The position numbers were made by a program, and so were the translations under genes. This document shows positions 58,201-64,000 of a stretch of DNA of 64,000 nt, one piece after another (positions within the stretch are counted from its first letter, which is position 1; every line of letters starts with the position of its first letter). The notes below the pieces were generated by a model. It was given only the letters and a program-made list of their open reading frames with translations. It had not been told where the DNA came from and ran no database searches. Source of the DNA: the human T2T-CHM13v2.0 reference genome, Homo sapiens; the NCBI RefSeq assembly GCF_009914755.1, contig NC_060941.1; one strand, 5' to 3'.

Positions 58201-61200
58201 ATGGAATGGAAATGAAAGGAAACGAAAGGAATAGACTGGAATGGAGTGTAATGGAAATGTATGGAATGGAATGGAATGGAATGGACTCGAATGGAATGGA
58301 CTGGAATGGAAAGGACTCGAATGGAATGGACTGGAGTAGAATTGACTCGAATGGAATGGAAAAGAATGGAATGCAATGGAATGGAATGGAAAGGAATGGA
58401 ATGGAATGGAATAGAATGGAACGGATTCGGATTTAACAGAATGGAAGGGAATGGAGTCGAATGGAATAGAATTGAATGTAATGAATTCGAATGGAATGCA
58501 ATGGAATGGACTCAAATGGAATGGAATCTAATGGAATGAAAATGAATGGAATGGAACAGAATGGAATTCAATGGAATGGACCCAAATATAATGGATTCGA
58601 ATGTAATGGACTTTAATGGAATGGACTCGAAAGCCATGATCTCGAATGGAATTCATTCGAATAGAATGGAATCTAATGTAATGCAACAGTATTGAATGGA
58701 ATCAAATGGAACTGGATCGAATGGAATGGACTGGAATGGAATGGACTGAAATAGAAGGGACTCGAATACAATGGATTTCAATGTAATTGATTCAAACGGA
58801 ATGGAATCAAATGAGGTGTAATCAAATAGAATGGAATGGAATGCAATGGAATGGAATAGATTGGAATGCACTGAAATGGAACAGAGTGGAATAGAGTGGA
58901 ATGGAATAGAAGGGAATGGAATTGAATGGAATGGAATCAAATGGAATGGAATCAAATGGAATGGAATCGAAAGGAATGGACTGGAACAAAATGGAATGGA
59001 ATTGATTGGAATCTAACGAAATGGAATGTAATGGAATGGAATTTAATGGACTCGAAAGGAATGGAGTCAAATGGAATGGAATCAAATTGAATGGAATAGA
59101 ATGGCATGGAATTGAATGGAATCGCAAGGAATAGAATGGAATGGAGTGTAATGGAAATATACAGAATGGAATGGAATGGAATGGAATGGACAGGAAGGAA
59201 ATGGAATTGAATGGAAAAGACTGGAGTGGAATGGACTCTAATGGATTGGAAAAGAATGGAATGGAATGGAATAGAATGGAATGGAATGGAAAGAACAGAA
59301 TGGAATGGAATCGGATGGAATGGAATGGAATAGAATGGAGTCTAATGGAATAGAATCGAATGGAATGGCATTGAATGGAATGAAATGCAATGGAATGGAA
59401 TGGAATCGAATGGAATTTATTCGAATGGAATAGAATTGAATGGAATGTCATTGAATGGAATGGAATGAAATGAAATGCAATGGAGTGGAAAGGACCCAAA
59501 TGTAATATACTCAAATGGAATGGACTCAAATAGAATGCACACGAAAGCAATGGTCTCGATTGGAATTTATTAGAATACAATGGAATCGAATAGAATGCAA
59601 TAGTATGGAATGGAATTGAATGGAATGGAATCGAATGGATTGGACTGGAATGGAATGGACTGAAATAGAGTGAACTCAAATGTAATGGATTGCAATGTAA
59701 TTGATTTGAATGGAATGGAATCGTATGGAATATTATCAAATGGAATGGAATGGAATGCAATGGAATGGAATAGAATGGAATGCAATGGAATGGAACGGAG
59801 TGGAATCGAGTGGAATGGAATCGAATGGAATGGACTTTAATTGAATGGACTCGAATGGAGTGGACTGGAACAAAATAGAATCGAATGGATTGGTATCGAA
59901 CAGAATGGAATGGAATGGAATGGAATGGACTCGAATGGAAGGGGATCAAATGGAATGGAATCGAATGGAATGGAATTGAATGAAATCAAAAGGAATAGAA
60001 TGGAATGGAGTTTAATGGAAAGATATCGATTGCAATGGTATGGAAAGGAATGGACTCGAATGGAATGGACTGGAATCGAATGGAATCGAATGGAATGGAC
60101 TAGAATTGAATGGAAACGAATGGAATTGAATGGAATGGAATGCATTGGAATAGAATGGAATGGAGTCAGATGGAATGGAATGGAATGGAATTCAGTGGAA
60201 TGGAATGGAATGGAATGGAATGGACCCAAATGCAATAGATTCGAATGGAATGGCATCGAATGGAATGGAATGGAATGGAATGGAATGGGATGGAATGGAA
60301 TGGAATGGAATGGAATGGACCCAAATGCAATGGACTCAAATGGCATGGACTCAAATAGAATGGACTTGAAAGCAATGGTCTCGAATGTTATTGACTCGAA
60401 TAGAATGGATTCGAATGGAATGCTATAGTATGGAATGGAATCGAATGGAATGGAATTGAATGGAATGGACCAGAATGCAATGGACTGTAATAGAATGGAT
60501 TCGAATGTAATGAATTACAATGTAATTGAGTCGAATGGAATGGAATCACTTGGAATGGAATCAAACTGAATGGAATGGAATGCAATGGAATAGAATAGAT
60601 TGGAATGCAATAGAATGGAATGGAGTGGAATTGATTTAAATGGAATCGAATGGAATGGAATCCAATGTAATGGACTGGAATGAAATGGACTCGAATGGAA
60701 TGGACTGGATAAAAATGGAATCCAACGGATTGGAATCGAACGGAATGGAATGGAATGGAATGGCATGGAATGAAATGGACTCAGGTGGAATGAAGTCGAA
60801 TGGAATGGAATCAAATGGAATGCAATCGAATAGAATGGAATTGAATTTAAATGAAAGAAAGAGAATGGAATGGAGTATAATGGAAAGACATCGAATGGAA
60901 TGGAATGGAATGGAGTGGACACGAATGGAATGGACTGGAATGGAAACACTTGAATTGAATGGACTGGAGAGGAATGGACTCGAAAGAAATGGAATGGAAT
61001 GGAATGGAATGGAGACGAAGGGAATAGAATCGAATGGAATGGCAATGAATGGAGTGGAATGGAAAGGAGTGGATTCTAACGGAATGTACTAGAATTTAAT
61101 AGAATCGAATGGAGTGGCATCGAATGGAATGGAATGGAATGGAATGGACTGAAATGGAATGGACTGGAATGGAATGGACTCAAATAAAATGGACTGGAAA

Positions 61201-61500
61201 GGAATTGTCTCGAAAGGAATTTATTCGAATAGAATGGAATCGAATGGAATGCAATAGTATGGAATGGAATCGAATGGAAAGAAATCAAATGGACTGGACC
61301 GGAACGGAATGGAGTGGAAGAGAAGGGACTCGAATGTAATGCATTGCAATGTAATTGAATCGAATGGAATGGAATAGAATGGAATGGAATCAAATGGAAT
61401 GGAATGGAAAGCAATGGAATGGAATTGAATGGAATGCAAAGGAATGGAACGGAGTGGAATCGAGTGGATTGGAATCGAATGGAATGGAATTGAATGGAAT

Positions 61501-61710
61501 GGAATCAAATGGTATGGATTGGAATGGAATGGACTCGAATGGATTGGACTTGAAAAAAATGGAATGGAACAGATTGGAATCAAACGGAACAGAATAAAAT
61601 GGAATGGAATCAAATGGTATGGATTGGAATGGAGTGGACTCGAATGGATTGGACTTGAAAAAAATGGAATCGAACGGATTGGAATCAAACGGAACAGAAT
61701 AAAATGGAAT
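61501..61710 (+). repeat. 105-bp tandem duplication near the domain junction
   Basis: CAAATGGTATGGATTGG...GGATTGGACTTGAAAAAAATGG...CAAACGGAACAGAATAAAAT occurs twice, starting at 61501 and 61606. Confidence 0.88.
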
Positions 61711-61980
61711 GGAATGGAGTCGAATGGAATGGAATCAGATGGAATGGAATCGAATGAAATGGAATTGAAAGGATTGGAAAGGAATAGAATGGAATTGAGT
61801 GTAATGGAAAGATATCGAATGGAATGGAATGGAATTGAATGGAGTCGAATAGAATGGACTGGAATGGAATGGACTTAGAATGGAATGTAATGGAATGGAG
61901 TGTAGTGGATTGGAGTGGTGTGGAGTGGAATGGAATGGAGTGGTATGGATTGTTATGGAATGGAATGGTGAAATGAAATA

Positions 61981-62034
61981 TGAGTTGAGATTGTGCACTG
62001 CACTCCAGCCTGCGTGACAGAGTGAGATCTTGTC
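61981..62034 (+). mobile_element. Alu SINE 3'-end fragment, copy 1 (54 bp)
   Basis: TGAGTTGAGATTGTGCACTGCACTCCAGCCTGCGTGACAGAGTGAGATCTTGTC matches the Alu 3' consensus (TGAGCCGAGATCGCGCCACTGCACTCCAGCCTGGGCGACAGAGCGAGAC..GTC), followed by the A-rich remnant GAAAGAAAG. Confidence 0.9.
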
Positions 62035-62466
62035 GAAAGAAAGGAATGGAATAGAATGGACTTAGAATGGAATGGAATGGAATGGAATGGAATAGAGTGT
62101 AGTGGAGTGGAATGGAATGGAGTGGTATGGATTGTTATGGAATGGAATGGAATGGAGTGGAGTGGAGTGGGGTGGAATGGAGTTTAGTGGAATGAAGTGG
62201 AATGGAATGGGATCGAATGGAACAGTGTGGAGTGGAGTGGAAAGGTGTAGAATGAAATGGAATGGAATGGAGTTGAATGGAGTGGAGTGGAGTTGATTGG
62301 ATTGGAATGGAGTGGAGTAGAATGGAGTGGAGTGGAATGGAGTGGAGTGGGGTGGAGTGGAGTAGAATGGAATGGAATGGAATGAATGGAATGGAATTCA
62401 AAGGAATGGAATGGAATGGATTGGAATGGAATGGAATGGAATGGAATGGAAAGGTGTAATGAAATG

Positions 62467-62520
62467 TGAGCTGAGATTATGCACTGCACTCCAGCCTTGG
62501 TGACAGAGTGAGTTCCTGTT
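62467..62520 (+). mobile_element. Alu SINE 3'-end fragment, copy 2 (54 bp)
   Basis: TGAGCTGAGATTATGCACTGCACTCCAGCCTTGGTGACAGAGTGAGTTCCTGTT followed by GGAAGAAAG. Confidence 0.9.
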
Positions 62521-63157
62521 GGAAGAAAGGAATGGAATGGAATGGATTTTCAATGGAATGTAATGGAATGCAGTGGATTGTAGTGCGGTGGAGTGGAATG
62601 GAGTAGAATGGAGTGGAATAGAGTGGAATGGAATGGGATGGAATGGATTGGAGTGTAGTGGCCTGGAGTGGAAAGTTGTAGAATGGAATGGAATGGAATA
62701 TAGTGGAGTGGAGTGTAAGGGTGTTGATTGCAGTGGAAGGGAATGGAGTGGAATGGAGTTGAGTGGAGTGGAAAGGAGCAGAGTCGAGTGGAGTGGAGGG
62801 GAGTGAAGTGGAATGGAATGGAACGGAGTGGAGTAGAATGACTGGAGTGCAGTGGAATTGACTGGAGTGGAATGGAATGGACTGGAGTGGAATGGAATGG
62901 AGTGCAGTAGAGTGGAGTGGAATGGAGTGCAGTGGAGTGGATTGGAGTGGACTGGAGTGGTGTGGAATGGAGTAGAATGTAATGGGATGGAATGGAATTC
63001 AATGGAGTGGAGTGGAGGGGAATGGAGGGCAGTGGAATGGAATGTGAAGGAATGGAATTGAACAGAGTGGAGTGGAGTGGAATGGAATGCAATGGAATGC
63101 AATGGAGTGTAATGGAATGGAATGGAATGCAATGGAATGGAATGGTGAAATGAAATG

Positions 63158-63211
63158 TGAGCTGAGATTGTGCACTGCACTCCAGCCTGGGTGAGAGGGT
63201 GAGATCCTGTC
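63158..63211 (+). mobile_element. Alu SINE 3'-end fragment, copy 3 (54 bp)
   Basis: TGAGCTGAGATTGTGCACTGCACTCCAGCCTGGGTGAGAGGGTGAGATCCTGTC followed by AAAAGAAAG. Confidence 0.92.
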
Positions 63212-63678
63212 AAAAGAAAGGAATGGAATGGAATGGAATGGAATGGATTTAGAATGGAATAAAATGGAATGGAATGGAATGGAGTGGAGTGGAGTGGAAT
63301 GGAATGGAATCGAATAGAATCAAATCGAATCCAATCTAATCTAATTAAATCGAATCGAATAGAATTAAATCAAATGGAATTGAATGGAATTGAACAGAAT
63401 CAAATGGAAAAAATGGAATGGAACGGAATCGAATTGAATCGAACTGAATGGAATAGAATGGCATTGAAGGGAATCGAATGGAATTCTATAAAGTAGAAAG
63501 CAGTGGACAGGAATGGAGTGGAATGGAATGGGGAGGAATTGAATTGAATGGAGGGGAGTGGAGTGGAATGGAGTGGAACGGAATGGAATGGGAAGGAATG
63601 GAATTGAACCAAGTGGAGTGGCATGGAGTGAAATGGAATGCAATGGAATGGAATGGAATGGAATGGTGAAATGAAATG

Positions 63679-63732
63679 TGAGCTGAGACTGTGCACTGCA
63701 CTCCAGCTTGGGTGACAGAGTGAAATCCTGTT
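63679..63732 (+). mobile_element. Alu SINE 3'-end fragment, copy 4 (54 bp)
   Basis: TGAGCTGAGACTGTGCACTGCACTCCAGCTTGGGTGACAGAGTGAAATCCTGTT followed by GAAAGAAAT. Confidence 0.9.
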
Positions 63733-64000
63733 GAAAGAAATGAATGGAATGGAATGGATTTAGAATGGAATGGAATGGAATGGAGTGGAGTGGATTGGAG
63801 TGGCGTGGAGTGGAGTGGAACGGAGTGGTTTGGATTGTTATGGAATGGAATGGAATGGAGTTGAGTGGAGTGCAGTGGGGTGGAGTGGAATTGAGTGGAG
63901 TGGAGTAGAAAGGTGCAGAATGGAATGGAGTGGAATGGAGCAGAGGGGAGGGGAGTGGAGTTGAGTGGAGTGGAATGGAATGGAGTGGAGTGGAATGGAG

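Larger units (their letters stand above)
1..61870 (+). repeat. Human Satellite 3 (HSat3)-type diverged (GGAAT)n/(CATTC)n array, purine-rich strand on +
   Basis: Continuous GGAAT pentamers with recurrent variants (CGAAT, GGACT, CAAAT, TGAAT, AGAAT, GTAAT, GCAAT), all in one orientation. I did not see the ATCATC-containing 23/26-bp units typical of HSat2, nor 171-bp alpha-satellite monomers. The array runs off the left edge of the window. Confidence 0.95.
61871..64000 (+). repeat. Composite (GGAGT/GGAAT)n satellite with periodically embedded Alu 3' fragments
   Basis: Abrupt rise of GGAGT pentamers and loss of the GGACTCGAAT and GGAAAGATATC landmarks after about 61,870. Four Alu fragments start at 61981, 62467, 63158 and 63679 with shared flanks. 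The repeat runs off the right edge. Confidence 0.9.

Noticed and set aside
1-61870. HSat2, alpha satellite, telomeric repeat or chr9-type CAACCCGAGT HSat3
   Set aside because: By eye I found no ATCATC-type HSat2 units, 171-bp monomers, CENP-B boxes, TTAGGG arrays or CAACCCGAGT motif.
1-61870. EWS-FLI1-type GGAA microsatellite enhancer
   Set aside because: These need consecutive 4-bp GGAA units. The period here is 5 bp.
61981-63732. CRISPR-like appearance of a conserved 54-bp repeat with variable spacers
   Set aside because: The repeat is an Alu fragment, the spacers are 430-640 bp of satellite, and there are no cas genes. The context is primate heterochromatin.
61981-63732. Active Alu elements or Pol III ncRNA genes
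   Set aside because: Only the last 54 bp or so of the element is present. The A and B box promoter is absent and there is no intact poly(A) tail.
62790-63960. G-quadruplex potential in GGAGGGG/GGAGT tracts
   Set aside because: Mostly GG runs, and I saw no four closely spaced GGG tracts, so there is no canonical G4 motif.
31-63964. Hundreds of ORFs encoding MEWNG-type (+) and IPFHS-type (-) repeats
   Set aside because: (GGAAT)n has no stop codon in any of the six frames and supplies ATG every 5 bp on the + strand. The peptides are the pentamer translated, overlap in all frames and show no domain structure.

Overview
The whole window is primate (human-type) classical satellite DNA with no credible protein-coding, RNA-gene or CRISPR content. 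Bases 1 to about 61,870 are a single-orientation, diverged (GGAAT)n/(CATTC)n array of the Human Satellite 3 (HSat3) type. Its variant pentamers are not random: they form an ordered macro-unit, typically 0.75-1.3 kb, that recurs roughly 60 times (counted by eye). The array also carries many short in-phase tandem duplications and kb-scale diverged internal duplications. At about 61,871 it switches abruptly to a CpG-poor (GGAGT/GGAAT)n composite repeat in which the same 54-bp Alu 3'-end fragment recurs four times, 486-691 bp apart, with identical boundaries. All ORFs in the supplied track (MEWNG and IPFHS repeats) are translation artefacts of the pentamer. I found no gene-based novel system. The best leads are the amplified Alu-fragment/satellite composite with a possible 1.7 kb higher-order unit, a heat-shock-element-like motif built into the macro-unit, and a 19-bp micro-inversion. 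Chromosome and subfamily cannot be assigned without alignment.
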